Notes under the pieces: model-generated | Seen by the model: only the letters and a program-made list of their open reading frames with translations | The model's database searches: none | Told to the model about the DNA's origin: nothing | Shown here: positions 22,058 through 34,842 of the stretch, in pieces | Layout of the letters: each line of letters begins with the position of its first letter | Position numbering within the stretch: the first letter of the stretch is position 1 | Source: Octopus bimaculoides | Taxonomy: Eukaryota | Direction of reading: 5' to 3' | Length of the DNA: 43,162 nt | Assembly (NCBI RefSeq): GCF_001194135.2 | Contig: NC_068985.1 | Coordinates: 38,863,301 to 38,906,462 of the forward strand | Program-made: the position numbers and the translations under genes

Positions 22058-23129
22058 CTGGTATAGCGTGGCGAAAGTGACGAGAAATACTCTAAATAGC
22101 AAAAGTGTTCAATAGAAAGAAAAGGAAATATGAAAAAGAAAATATTTTTAGCCATCAAAACACGTATGGAGTGTTTGAAGGAAGAACAGACATGCATCTA
22201 ATTAATGATATACCAACCTGGCCTCAAATAGGAACGCTAAAAAGATTAAGAATATTATTACCACAAGCACAATGAAGGTATCACCAAAACTACAAACACA
22301 ACGAGAGCCTAATTCACAAAAACAGATAGAACAGCACCCGCAAAATGAACGAATAATAATTATTATTCCAGTTATAATTGAAATGCATAACTACACGGCT
22401 ATAGACACTAGAAATATTTCAAAAGTCTACTGTATAACAACTATGAACGTACAAACATTATACAAGTTGATTACATAACACGAGCAAATAACGTACAGAC
22501 TTAAAATGTATGCAATCTCTTAAAAGCCAAATATTCTGATAGAATCAGAGATTTTGTTTTCATTGTGAAGAAAAGAATCTACAAACTTATCTTTAGGTGC
22601 TTACGGTGCTTTCTTTCTTCTTTTCACAACATTTTCACCTTTCTCTTCACAGCATTTTAAGTCAAATTTTGAACGGTGTATTCGAACTGCAGGTATTATT
22701 CGTCTTATTTTTTTACCGTTGTGCAACTTCAATTAGCAATCAGCTGAGAAAAGTATATTCTTACCTAACATTTCCTTTATCATGTCAACGTTGTACTCTG
22801 CCTAATTCATATTTGCTATTATGTCTTTCGGCTAATCTTCTATCACATGTTCAATATCTAGGATATTTACTAGTAAATTTGATAAAACTTCCGTTTTTTT
22901 TAAGGTTCTCATATTCCATAGATTTTATAAGTGTATTTAGTCGTATACATTTGTAGTGTATAGATCGAAATTGTTTGCAAACATGATGAGGTTTATTGTC
23001 TTATTAATGTATGTGAGGTAGATAAACCTGGTTTAACATGTTTAAAAAAGAAGTAGAATTTGGGATAACTCTACAAAATTCCTCTTCTGACAAAAACAAA
23101 ATGTCTACAGACCCAACAGAGACCAGAGT

Positions 23130-24410
23130 TTTGCAATATTACTTTATTCACTTAGATTTACATGCTTATGCTTTTATCACCTTGAAAGTATTCTCCATTT
23201 GAAGGAATGCATCGTTCTAGACGCGTACGCCACAGTTCGAAGCAGTTCTGGAATTCTTGCAAAGTGATACCTTTTGGCACCTTCATCGGTTTTTTCTTCA
23301 CCTCTTGGACATCTGCAAAACGTTTTCCTTAAAGGACTTTTTTCATTCGAGGGAACAAAAAAAAAAAAGGCGCTGTGAGCAAATTCGGGAGGGTGGTAAG
23401 CGGGGTCATGCCATTTTTGTTCAAAAATTGTCACACTCAAGGGGGAATGCGCAGGCGCATTGTCGTGATGAAACCACCATTTTGTCAGAGATCAGGATGT
23501 TTACGCCTCGCCGCGTCTCACAAATGAGCTAAGAACTGCCAAATAAAATGTCTGGTTAAGTTTGAGAAACAAATTCTGTGTGGACAATTCCTTTCGCATC
23601 GATGAAACAAATCAGCATCGTCTCGACATCGGACTTTACTTGATGCACTTTTTTTCGGGGGTGGGGGAGCGTGGCGACATCGACTGCTTCCATTGACTTG
23701 ATTGCTGCTTCGTTTCCGGGTCGTAGCCGATGCTCCAGCTTTGATCACCAGTGATGACCTTCGGAAAAGGTCCGGATCAAATTCCAACTGTACTCTCAGT
23801 TCAAGACACGCACTCAATCGTGACTGCTTTCGATATTCCGTGAGTAAGCGAGGGCACAAATTTTGCTGCAACTCTTTTCATTCGCAGTTTCTCGCTCAAA
23901 ATTCGTTGGCAGGTGTTCCACGACACACCAGTCATATCAACAAATTCGTCAGTTGTTCGGCGAAGGTCCTCCAATATCAATTCATGAATTTTCATAATGT
24001 TTTCATTCGTTTGGGAGGTTGAGAGTTACCCTGAACGAGGCTGGTCTTCATGCGAAAAGGGACAATTCATAAAGCGTGAAAAACACTCTTAAATTTGTGG
24101 TTTCCTCATAGCACCGTTCTAGTGAGCTGTCTGAGGCATGACAACTATTGTGGCCATCGTCTTCCTCGGCAGAAAACAGAATTTCATTGAAACACGCTGT
24201 TCCTTCGTTTCAGCCATCGCAAAGATCGACGAACGGGGAAGAAGCACTGCAAATCAGACGCGCCACGCTGTAATACGACTCCAGGCAACGACGTCGGTCG
24301 GCATACTGATGCCTGAGGGTCGCATCTAGTGTTTTCTAGCGCCTGAAGACTGAATTACAACGGGCTTGTCCCACAGAGAACGTTTCCGGTTACTTTTGAA
24401 TATCCACTCG
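23130..24410 (-). mobile_element. Near-full-length decayed mariner (DD34D-type) element
   Basis: Fragments: IHELILEDLRRTTDEFVDMTGVSWNTCQRILSEKLRMKRVAAKFVP, KVITGDQSW..YDPETKQQSSQWK, MLICFIDAKGIVH, WWFHHDNAPAHS, HPP. 5' terminus CGAGTGGATATTCAAAAGTAACCGGAA with TA at 24411-12. Multiple frameshifts; third Asp not intact; 3' boundary approximate. Confidence 0.9.
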
Positions 24411-26866
24411 TATAATCTTACCTTTAACTGAATTTTAAACATTGTTTTAAAACATTGCTTTAAGCAATACTTATTACGTGCTTAATATTAAATGTTTATT
24501 ATCTAGTGTTATGTTACCCATGGCTAATGTATTCAGGATTCGCGTCTAGGAATCAGTGAAAGTTCACATTTTATTCTGTACCCACTACTACCAATTAGAG
24601 CCGGTTTATGCTGTACTGATTAGAGCATAAAATTTTAACACCCTCGACGCCAAAAATAAATGGGGTACAAAATGCTGAATAGTAGTTCTCTATCGAGCAC
24701 AAAATAATAGTTATTATAGAATAATTTTAAAGTAAAGTAATTCTCATACTAAAATTTGAGATGGAAAATGCCTCGGCCTGACCAATACATTAAAAGACTA
24801 AGTGAAATAAATGTAAATAAAGAAATTTGAAAACGAATGGGAATTGAATGATGAATGATCAAAAACTGTGACTAAATGATTTTTGAATGTGAGACATGAC
24901 TAAAAGTGTCCCACTTGTGACTGCAAAATACGTGATTAAGCAGAATATATGAAGGCTATCAAGAAAAGCATCATATCCCTGTTAGCTAAAAGAGAGAATA
25001 TATACAGACATGAGAGAGATCAAGCTTTCAGAGAATGGATATTACGCCAAGAATTAGCAAATGAACACACAATGGAAAAGGAATAAAAGGTGCCAATGAA
25101 CAGCAACCTGATCGTACACTGCCACATGTCAACTCATACAAGCCGGAAGATTAAGATGAATCATTTAGATATTGTCAAATAAAAACAAGAAAGATCTGCA
25201 AAAATATAAAGAACGAAAGTCCGTTACTTCAAATAAGAAACAGTATCACATTGAGAATTTTTAAGGAGATGCTGCCATATATATAACGCAAAACCCAGTA
25301 CATGTGACTTATAAAACGTATCCCATGCACAGCGTTCATTCTATGTATAGAACATTTATGCAATAGGAAAGAAAACAATAGCAACAAAAAACGAAACAAA
25401 CATTACCTACCCGAGGCAGATGAAGCTTTTGTTGAGCGGTGAAAGCACGCAAGAAGAATAAGGTTACTGAATTAACGATACGGGGACATTGAACTAGTCT
25501 AGTAAAGAAAGAAATATGGGAATGAGCTGGAGGAGAAGAATGTTATAGATAAATCTGGTGATATTATTGGCGTAGATTATGACTTGAACATGACCGTAAG
25601 GGATAATGCTGTGCCTAGAAAATGTGAATATATGAGAGAAAGAAAGAGATTGACCGCAAGAGATTAAAGAAAGACAAGGTGAAAAGACACAGTAGGAATG
25701 ACTGATTTACTGAATGAATGACTGGATAAATCAATAAGTGAGAGAATAAATAAATCAATGAATGAAGGAAAAGTGAAAAAGAAATAATATAAAGCTGCGT
25801 GAATATTTAAGCAAAGAAATGTAAATTAAAATGAAAGAAAGGGAAAATAAACAAAATAGGAAAGAAACGGGAAAAAGAAACAGAAATAAAAAAGATTAAC
25901 GGAACGAAAGAATAATAATGTGAAAAGGAAAACATAACAGTTCTAATTTGAGAAATCTTTCATGAGTTATGGCAATTGAATTTCACGCAATTTGTCGAGT
26001 GAATGACCGTGTAAAGGAATGATGTTTGTGAGAAAAAATATGGCGGACTAGAAACAAATATATATAAAGACATAAAAGGACGAAATATGAAAGAACATTA
26101 ACTGTTAGAGAACTTTCAGCAGATGTGTATAAGATGCAAACGGAACTCATAATAACGACAAATATAAACAAATATAAATGAATAATTAGGAAAATAAATC
26201 TGACGAAAATTCTGACAGCCGTCTTATAAATGCATAAGCATGATTCAATAAAGGAGAGGGAGATAACATTGCAAATTAAAATACATCTCTGTAAGATAAA
26301 TATTCAGAGATAAATGTGTGTGTGTTACATATGTGACTATGTATGTATCTATGTATGGTTATGGATGAGTATGTGTGTGTGTGTATGTACGTGTGTATGA
26401 ATGTTTTTGTGTGTATCAGAGTTATTTTGTGTATCTATGAATGTTTTCTAAAAAGGACCACACGTATATACACACTTACTCAGAGGTACACGAACACGAT
26501 AAATTGCTCATATCCTTCCAAAGACATACATATACATAAAAACACAAACATATAAACACAAAGATATATGTATATAACTACATATAGGCATATACATATA
26601 TACATACAACACATATATACACTCTCACACATGCATTCGTCCTTGTTGCAAAACTCTATGCACAAGGAAAACATGAGCTACACGACAGCCGACAGGCTTT
26701 TGCGAATTCTATGTATATGATATCACGTGCAAAGAATCTGTCGATCCGAGACTAAAGTAGATGATACTGGGGAAGGGGCCACACAGGACCAACCTGGAGA
26801 TTACATAGAAGCGAACTTACTATCCACAGAGATTATCTACTTCCACTTATATGTGCGTTTCTGCGT

Positions 26867-26903
<37 letters not shown>

Positions 26904-26948
26904 TGTGTGTGTGTGTGTGTGTATGCACCTACCTACGTATCTACCTAC

Positions 26949-26988
<40 letters not shown>

Positions 26989-26990
26989 GT

Positions 26991-27852
26991 AACTTTCTTT
27001 ATTGGCCACACAGAGGGGACAAATATAAATGTAGAGCTTTTCATTTGGAAAATGAAAAACAGGAGAAAGATAAGNNNNNNNNNNNNNNNNNNNNNNNNNN
27101 NNNNNNNNNNNNNNNNNNNNNNNNNNNNNNNNNNNNNNNNNNNNNNNNNNNNNNNNNNNNNNNNNNNNNNNNNNNNNNNNNNNNNNNNNNNNNNNNNNNN
27201 NNNNNNNNNNNNNNNNNNNNNNNNNNNNNNNNNNNNNNNNNNNNNNNNNNNNNNNNNNNNNNNNNNNNNNNNNNNNNNNNNNNNNNNNNNNNNNNNNNNN
27301 NNNNNNNNNNNNNNNNNNNNNNNNNNNNNNNNNNNNNNNNNNNNNNNNNNNNNNNNNNNNNNNNNNNNNNNNNNNNNNNNNNNNNNNNNNNNNNNNNNNN
27401 NNNNNNNNNNNNNNNNNNNNNNNNCAGGGAGGGAATAAACACATGAGAGCAAAATGCTCCCTCTCTCTCTTTTCGATTTACAGGATCATGCTCAAAGTGG
27501 CTTCGTCACTCGCACGCACCATCTTTGATTCATTCACCCACGTTTTTTGAAACTTTCACGAGACAAAACTTGCCATTCCATTCTCAGCTTCCTTTTCGAG
27601 TGGTACTTGAAAAAGTTGACGAGCGATTGGCCAGAGAGGTAGTTGTTCGTCTCTAATCCTTTCGCTCGAGTCCACCACACACATTCTTTCACCATGGCCA
27701 CCAGTATGATGAAGACTGCCTTGCCATCCCGGTTGAGGGAAGGTGCCGGAGCAATTGTGACGATAGACTCGACCAACAGGCGGACTCGTCCCACACGTGA
27801 CAGCATCCGTTCGGCATAAGCCCACAGGTCCGAAATGGTTGGACACTGCACG
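26991..27852 (-). mobile_element. 5'-truncated Tx1/L1-like LINE (ORF2 C-terminus plus 3' UTR) spanning an N-gap, with a 12-bp TSD
   Basis: LVQCPTISDLWAYAERMLSRVGRVRLLVESIVTIAP..KAVFIILVAMVKECVWWTRAKG..LVNFFKYH.KRKLRME..RWVN (one frameshift; stop at 27478-80) resembles the post-zinc-finger C-terminus of L1/Tx1 ORF2. Flanked by AGATAGATAGGT at 26979-90 and 27853-64. Confidence 0.8.
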
Positions 27853-27909
27853 AGATAGATAGGTAGGTAGGTAGGTAGGTAGGTAGGTAGGTAGGTAGGT
27901 AGGTAGGTT

Positions 27910-27957
<48 letters not shown>
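27853..27957. repeat. (TAGG)n followed by (TAGA)n microsatellite
   Basis: Directly visible between two LINE 5' junctions. Confidence 0.97.
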
Positions 27958-27959
27958 TG

Positions 27960-28715
27960 CATAACTATATATCCTATAAACCAGGGAATGCCAACCACAT
28001 TGATAAGAATAGCAGCCTCTCCTGGACCAGTGATAAATACCTCACATCTTTCCTAGAAAACTATGGCTTAGCTATCCAAGAACAGGTGATAGCTACAGAA
28101 CCTGATCAACAAAAGAGATAAGTATGCCTCTAAACATCCTCACTCTGGTTGAAAGTATCGAATGTGGTATACCAATCTAGAAAATATTATTAATATCGAC
28201 AGTATCTGTTCAAAAAATCCTTGTAAGATACGATCTTTCTATCAGATACGACATTGTCACTAAGACGGACTACAATGCCGTACAAAGAAGGCAGCCTTGA
28301 CTACCATACAAAAACCACAACAGAACCAGAAAGTATTCACACCTTTAGCAATAACGTGTACTGATGGAATATTCCAATAACAACTACAATTCGGTATAAG
28401 TACAACAAGCCAGAGATAATTCTCTGAAACTGAGAGCAAAATTCGTGCACCGTCTCTTCGAATATTGAAGAGCACGAAATCATCTATAGAGGACTAGCTA
28501 AAAGCTTAAATCAATTATACAAATAATATAGATTTTCATTTGTTCGTATTATGCTAGGTGCACCTGGCTGCGTAGCAACACATTTGCATAGAAAGCTGGA
28601 AATGCTTGGGCTTTCCGAAAACGAACAGAGCAGACTAATTGGCATTTTCAGCTACAATTGATTAAATAAATAGGGAAAATTTGTAAAATATTCTATCTGA
28701 AGTGTCCGTTTGAAC
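27960..28715 (+). mobile_element. Decayed 3' part of an R4/Dong-like non-LTR retrotransposon (CCHC region plus restriction-like endonuclease)
   Basis: Frames give SLSWTSDKYLTSFLENYGLAIQEQVIAT (compare R4/Dong AIQDQVIAT), IRYDIVTKTDYNAV (compare RHD.VAK), WNIPITTTIRYKYNKPEIIL (compare HNRPDIV) and YRFSFVRIMLGAPGCV (compare PIIVGALG). Many stops and frameshifts. Confidence 0.75.
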
Positions 28716-30638
28716 CTATGCACGAAATCGTATTATCATAGGAATACATATGTTCTCGCAAATATAGACACTAATGAAATGCGCACATTTGGATTCTCTC
28801 GTGACAGGTATGCATATTAGTGCGAGTTTACCTACGCATATATAACACTACACGCATGTACATAACACATCCATACATACATCAACCAGTTTGATAAACT
28901 ACAAACCCCAAGATATGCAAAACTACTTGCTACTCTGTTAGCGATCGACTTCAGTTCTACAAAGGAAAAAATGACTTCAACTTATTCCAAAAAATCATAA
29001 ATATGTACATATATATACAGACACATATTCGTGTTCAGTTTACTATGAATTCTAAAGAACTCAAACTATTTGCATGGTGAATATTCTTCTGTGAACTGGA
29101 AAGTGTTAAAGTTCAATATTTCACATGATTTTCACATTTGCTATCGAATTTATAACTCCATTAGTCATTTGTACCTTCTTCGCCGACTTACAAGCTTTGC
29201 AATTGTCATTCATAAAAAGGTTTTCAATTGTAGCATTATTTTTTCTTTTTTTCATATTATATATAATAAAGTTAGTTTTTGGTTTGTTGCTATGATTTTT
29301 CTCTTCAATTTTATGAGATTTTTAATAATGCGTTCGCCTATTATATAAACATTAGGCATTTTATTGATGTAATACACTATATGTGGTGTGTATATATTTC
29401 ATAAGTAAATGCGCTGTTATATTTATTGTGTTGTAGAAATAATCTGTTCGTTTATTTTCTATGGTTTCATTTATTAGAATACAAGGCTTTGTTTAGGGTT
29501 TGTTTTATTCTATTTATTTCTAGCTCTAACGTATCCTTTGTTGGAGAGAATCTAAATGTTCGTCTCAACAAGTATTTTCCCACTTATCATATGCCTGCGG
29601 ACATTCAGCATTTCCGCACAATTACAAATATGCTATGATTTTAATACAAGCGATAATTTGTATTTGTTATTTTCTGTTTGAATACTTACACCTAGAAATA
29701 AGGATACTGAATTATTAGTAATTTTATTAACATTCGTGGGGAAATAAAACTTTCAGACAATATTGCTTCTAAGTCTAAATTTAATTTCACATCTGGTCTA
29801 TTTATTACTACAAAAATATTTTCTACATAACCCGAGCAAAACACAGAATTCACCGCACTGTAGATCACGAGAAAATCTCTGATATTAAAACGTTACAAAG
29901 TAGCGGGTAAAAATAAATACCTACATCGAAATCAGTATAATCAATATATATATACTCTCAACAAACGTCCTCTCGGTTACGCCAGGTTGCTGTTTATTTG
30001 AATGCTCTACTAGCAGCAGAACATGTTTATTTATAAAGAAAGGGATACATCCAAGTTCATATATTCTTTTTGTGCGACTATTTGGAATATAAATTTTACT
30101 CATTGCATTGTAAAACTTTAGCAGCAGCAGTTTTATATTTCAAAGTTGCGAACTTGTAAGAATTTGGAACATTGCTAATGAGTTGCATAACTTCCAATCT
30201 CGTATAATTTATTCGATATATTCCATCACAGATGCTTTGAATGCTTTTTCTTGATCCTTTATGTATTATCTATCATCATATCCTTCGAGATGAGAAGTCA
30301 TGTATCTAAATATTTGTATGTGTATATATACACATATCCAAAACGTTTGGATGGATTAGTCAACAAGGTATTGTTTCGCCTGTTTACTCCTGCTCAAAAT
30401 TTTACCTGATGATGGTGGAATTTAGGCTATGATGTAATTTATTCTTAAACCCTACTTTTGTTCTTTTTTTACACTTTCGTGTCTAGAACCACCCTTAACT
30501 CAGATTTACGGTTTAAACTGGATTTCGTACTTACATATCTGCAGTAACCTACCAACACTTAATACTTTCATGGTTGTTTTATTTCTGCTGTCTTAGTGTG
30601 GATATTCCAAAATTCTAATGAGTCCTGTAAGTAATCAA

Positions 30639-30639
<1 letters not shown>

Positions 30640-30699
<60 letters not shown>

Positions 30700-30819
30700 G
30701 TCTGTCTGTTTGTCTGTCTGTCTGTTTATCGATCGATCTATCAGTCTGTTTGTCTGCCTATCTATCTATTTACTCACACACATATTTATATATACTCATA
30801 TATATGTGTGTGTACGTAA

Positions 30820-30851
<32 letters not shown>

Positions 30852-30995
30852 GTGTAGATAGGTAGGTAGGTAGGTAGGTAGGTAGGTAGGTAGGTAGGTA
30901 GGTAGGTAGGCAGGCAGGTACGTACGTACGTAAATAGGAAGGTATGTATGCATGCATGTATGTTTGTGTATGTATGCATGCATGTATGTATGTAT
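30640..30995. repeat. Compound microsatellite (CTAT)n-(CTGT)n-(TG)n-(TAGG)n-(TATG)n
   Basis: Directly visible. Confidence 0.95.
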
Positions 30996-31501
30996 GAATC
31001 TATGTATATCACAGTTTCAACATTATTGTTACCATCTATTTTGTAGAATACCTACTCATACAGAGGTTCCTGCTGATATGGTGTCTATTTTCCCACCCAG
31101 CTTCTATAAAATCGGGTCGCTATATCAGCATCTGAATCAAATAGAATTGCTGTACATTCATAGCAACTATGCCAGTGTCTCTCACTAATTCCCATGTTGA
31201 AATTAACACTCTTGCATATACGCTCTCTCATCTTACTGTTAAATTATTGATGTATGATAAGCGTGTTTCATGAATATGCCTATACCTATGTGTATATATA
31301 TATGGATATATGCAAGAATGCAATATGTATTTCCTCTTCCTGATTGGTGTTTTAGTGGTTATTCCATCAACTTTGTAAACGAAACTTATATTAAAACAGG
31401 AATCTTTTCATCATCCTTTGCACGCCTATCTACTCTTTAAATTTGAGAATGTTGTCTACGATTGGAATTGTACGTGTAAGGAACATACGATAATTTTTCA
31501 G

Positions 31502-31528
31502 GAATCCATGTTCAATCCTGATGGGTTG
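31502..31528 (+). CDS. Speculative 27-nt micro-exon (ESMFNPDGL if phase 0)
   Basis: Acceptor TAATTTTTCAG, donor TTG|GTACGT, length divisible by 3. Such a short match can arise by chance. Confidence 0.2.
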
Positions 31529-31832
31529 GTACGTATCCTGTCATCCCAATGACGATGGAATCAGCATCGTGCTACAAAATAGACAAGGGAGTATTTAACT
31601 TAGGTTTTAGATATAGTGTGTTGAAAATTTGCCAAACCTATCTTGTTCGTATAGTAACGACCTGCCATTCGATCAGCTATTGTAGAAAGTTGAGAGTTTG
31701 TTCTCTACTACTTTTAATCCCATTTTTTTAATGATTACTTCGACTAAACCACTTTCTTTTTTAATTGAAAGAATACAATATTAGGCCGCTTATATTTGAT
31801 ACACATCATGCACGTATATATGTGTATGTATG

Positions 31833-31863
<31 letters not shown>

Positions 31864-32825
31864 CTATGCGATTATGTTTGTGCTGTATATGAATACGTTC
31901 CTGTATGAATTTCTGTATGCCTATTTCTTATGAAATACATATTTTTCCCCTTTACTAAATATTTTCTTTCTTCACTAAATCTATACTATTACTGCAGCAT
32001 TCTAGGCTTTTATCCAAAACTGCAGGAATAAAAGCAATTTGAACAAAGCTATGACCACTTTGAACGTAATAAAAGTAGAAATGGAAAGAAAAATAGGAAC
32101 ATTAATAGAACTAGCCATAAATGTACGGATGAAAGGAATACCATACACTCATACTTATACATATATAATACACATATTCATCTTCCTATGTGCATTTATA
32201 TATCAATATACACACATACACACTTATACAAATAATACATCTTTGTACACACACAGATGTGCATATATATATCCATACATACGTATATACATATACATAT
32301 ATATATACATATGTGCGTGTATATATATATATATATATAATNNNNNNNNNNNNNNNNNNNNNNNNNNNNNNNNNNNNNNNNNNNNNNNNNNNNNNNNNNN
32401 NNNNNNNNNNNNNNNNNNNNNNNNNNNNNNNNNNNNNNNNNNNNNNNNNNNNNNNNNNNNNNNNNNNNNNNNNNNNNNNNNNNNNNNNNNNNNNNNNNNN
32501 NNNNNNNNNNNNNNNNNNNNNNNNNNNNNNNNNNNNNNNNNNNNNNNNNNNNNNNNNNNNNNNNNNNNNNNNNNNNNNNNNNNNNNNNNNNNNNNNNNNN
32601 NNNNNNNNNNNNNNNNNNNNNNNNNNNNNNNNNNNNNNNNNNNNNNNNNNNNNNNNNNNNNNNNNNNNNNNNNNNNNNNNNNNNNNNNNNNNNNNNNNNN
32701 NNNNNNNNNNNNNNNNNNNNNNNNNNNNNNNNNNNNNNNNNNNNNNNNNNNNNNNNNNNNNNNNNNNNNNNNNNNNNNNNNNNNNNNATATATATATATA
32801 TATATATATATATAGGAGTTGATAC

Positions 32826-32960
32826 AGGCACAGGAATGTGGTAAGTAGCTTGCTCACCAACCACATAGTTCCTGGTTCAGTCCCACTGTGTTGCACCTGG
32901 GACCGACCAAAGCCTTGTCAGTGGATTTGGTAAACAGAAACTAAAAGAAGCCTATCGTAT
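32826..32960 (+). mobile_element. 5' half of SINE family C with an internal deletion
   Basis: TGTGGTAAGTAGCTTGCTCACCAACCACATAGTTCCTGGTTCAGTCCCACTG..GACCAAAGCCTTGTCAGTGGATTTGGTAAAC, ending in (TA)n. Confidence 0.85.
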
Positions 32961-33007
32961 ATATGCATACATATATATATATATATGGGTGTGTGTGTAG
33001 CATATTA

Positions 33008-33091
33008 AAAAGGGTCCGTGTGAAAACTCATTTCAATAAAAAGGCTGGGAACCACTGTTGGCAACCAATCTGAAAAGGTTGGGAACCACTG
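33008..33091 (-). mobile_element. hAT/Charlie-like terminal fragment with a duplicated end motif
   Basis: Reverse complement contains CAGTGGTTCCCAACCTTTT (33073-91) and CAGTGGTTCCCAGCCTTTTT (33038-57); CAGTGGTTC(C/T)CAACC is a typical hAT terminus. Confidence 0.55.
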
Positions 33092-33117
33092 GTTTAGTCT
33101 GTCGCTAGGTTTTAAAA

Positions 33118-33310
33118 GGGCGCGTCGCTTAGTGGTTAAGGTGTAGGAATACGTTTCCTGGACCGGCCAATGCGTTCTGCTCTTTAGCAAAACACTACGT
33201 TTCCCGTTGCTCTAGTCCACAAGAATGAATAATCCTGCGACGAATCGGCGTCACGTCCAGGTTGGGAACATATACATGGATTCTGGGAAACCGGACCAAT
33301 GAAGCTATAT
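33118..33310 (+). mobile_element. Older tRNA-derived SINE (family D: CORE-like segment plus the 3' module of 13435-13701)
   Basis: GGCGCGTCGCTTAGTGGTTAAGGTGT head, CTTTAGCAAAACACTACGTTTCCCGTTGCTCTAGTCCAC, then CCTGCGACGAATCGGCGTCACGTCCAGGTTGGGAAC..GGGAAACCGG. Confidence 0.7.
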
Positions 33311-33610
33311 GCTTTGGGAACTTCACTTTACTGCTATGACAATTTTAATGACCCCGTTTAGCCATTGGATATCTTTAGTGTAGTGTTATCTGTTTCCAGG
33401 TTTAAGACTACATCTCTGATCTAAAGATACATTCCTTTGTGTTTTCAAAGGTCATTTTCTTGGGTAACAATTTGAAAGTAATTAACTTAAAGTCTTTACT
33501 ATCATTTCTTTAGGATATATTTTGAAATTGATGTGATATCGATTATAAATTTCAGTAACAAAATAGGTTACTTGAAGCATAAACTTATATTTTTCGTACT
33601 GATGAAGAAT

Positions 33611-33674
<64 letters not shown>
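33611..33674. repeat. Pure (TAC)n trinucleotide microsatellite
   Basis: Directly visible. Confidence 0.98.
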
Positions 33675-33675
<1 letters not shown>

Positions 33676-34842
33676 TAATTTGACTGTTATATGACACGGA
33701 TGGCGTACCGGTCTAGTTACGGTTTATTTATGCTTCTTACCAGGCCACAACCCAATGTTGAACTTCATCGATGTCACCGTATATGATGAAGATCATAAAG
33801 AGATGTTTCGCTCATTCTTCTGCAACAGCCCTTTCATGCTGTACACATTTACCTTTACTCGGTATCGAGGACTTTCCATATAATATCTGCCCGATCATAG
33901 GAGAACAGTTTTCTGAATTGCACCCACTCCCAGATTAAGAGCTAGATTTCCAACGTTTGCTCTTAAATTTCTGGTCACTGTTCCCAAAACAGTAATAAAA
34001 ATCGGCAAGTTCGTGATCTTGTCAATTTATGTATCCTATTATTTGAGAATTTCATAGATCAAATTCGTATAATACTCTATTCTTACTTTTTTTATTTTTC
34101 TTGACTGTAGTATTAAGTGTGCATGTCACCTCGATTATGTAACACGTTTTCAAGTCAACAATCAGATTATTCAGGTTAATGTGCTCTATTCTCCTTTAGC
34201 TTTGTGCAGTTAAGTCACATAATACTTTCACTTCATCGTTTTCAACGACAAGTATTCTTCTTCCAACAAAATGTTCATAGCTCTTTTCTGTGCATACACA
34301 TCTGAATATCTCATAAAAATTCCACTGAATTTTTGCAAAAAGTTAACTATACCTTAAAGTTTGTACTAATTCTAAGCTGTGGACATTCTGAAGCAAAATG
34401 AGTCACAATTTCATCAGCAGCATTGCATATTCCATAGACAAGTATACCAGAGATCTGTCCTGCAAAGAATGCAGATAGAAAACAAAGAAGCTGATGATTC
34501 AAGGTTGCAATCACAGCTGGTGCATGTGTTTCAATAACAGTCTGCTTACAACTATCTGCACAAAGAAACTCCAAAGTATAGAAACTGAGAACGAGAGTCA
34601 CCCAGCTACAATGCACTGGTCCTCAAAGTTGTTCCCCTGAAAACATCGTCTGTAGCAATACGAATTTTATTTTTGGAGTTAGCCAGAACGTTAGCTTGCC
34701 CTCCGTGACAGACATAAAAAAATAAGAGGCACACAACCTCGAAGCACTAAACTGGTGGACACTACCAGGAAGGCAACAGTGGATTAGTTGTGGCTGTAAA
34801 ACACTGGATGTAATGCCTTGTTATATTCGTTTCAAATTTCTA

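Noticed and set aside
22272-22478. ITTMNVQTLY, resembling the start of a LINE APE endonuclease (I.TWNV.TL)
   Set aside because: Only one short motif, followed by a stop and no further APE motifs.
34347-34616. 89-aa minus-strand ORF with balanced composition
   Set aside because: No recognisable family, GTG start, and no unambiguous splice-site pair; cannot be supported without RNA data.
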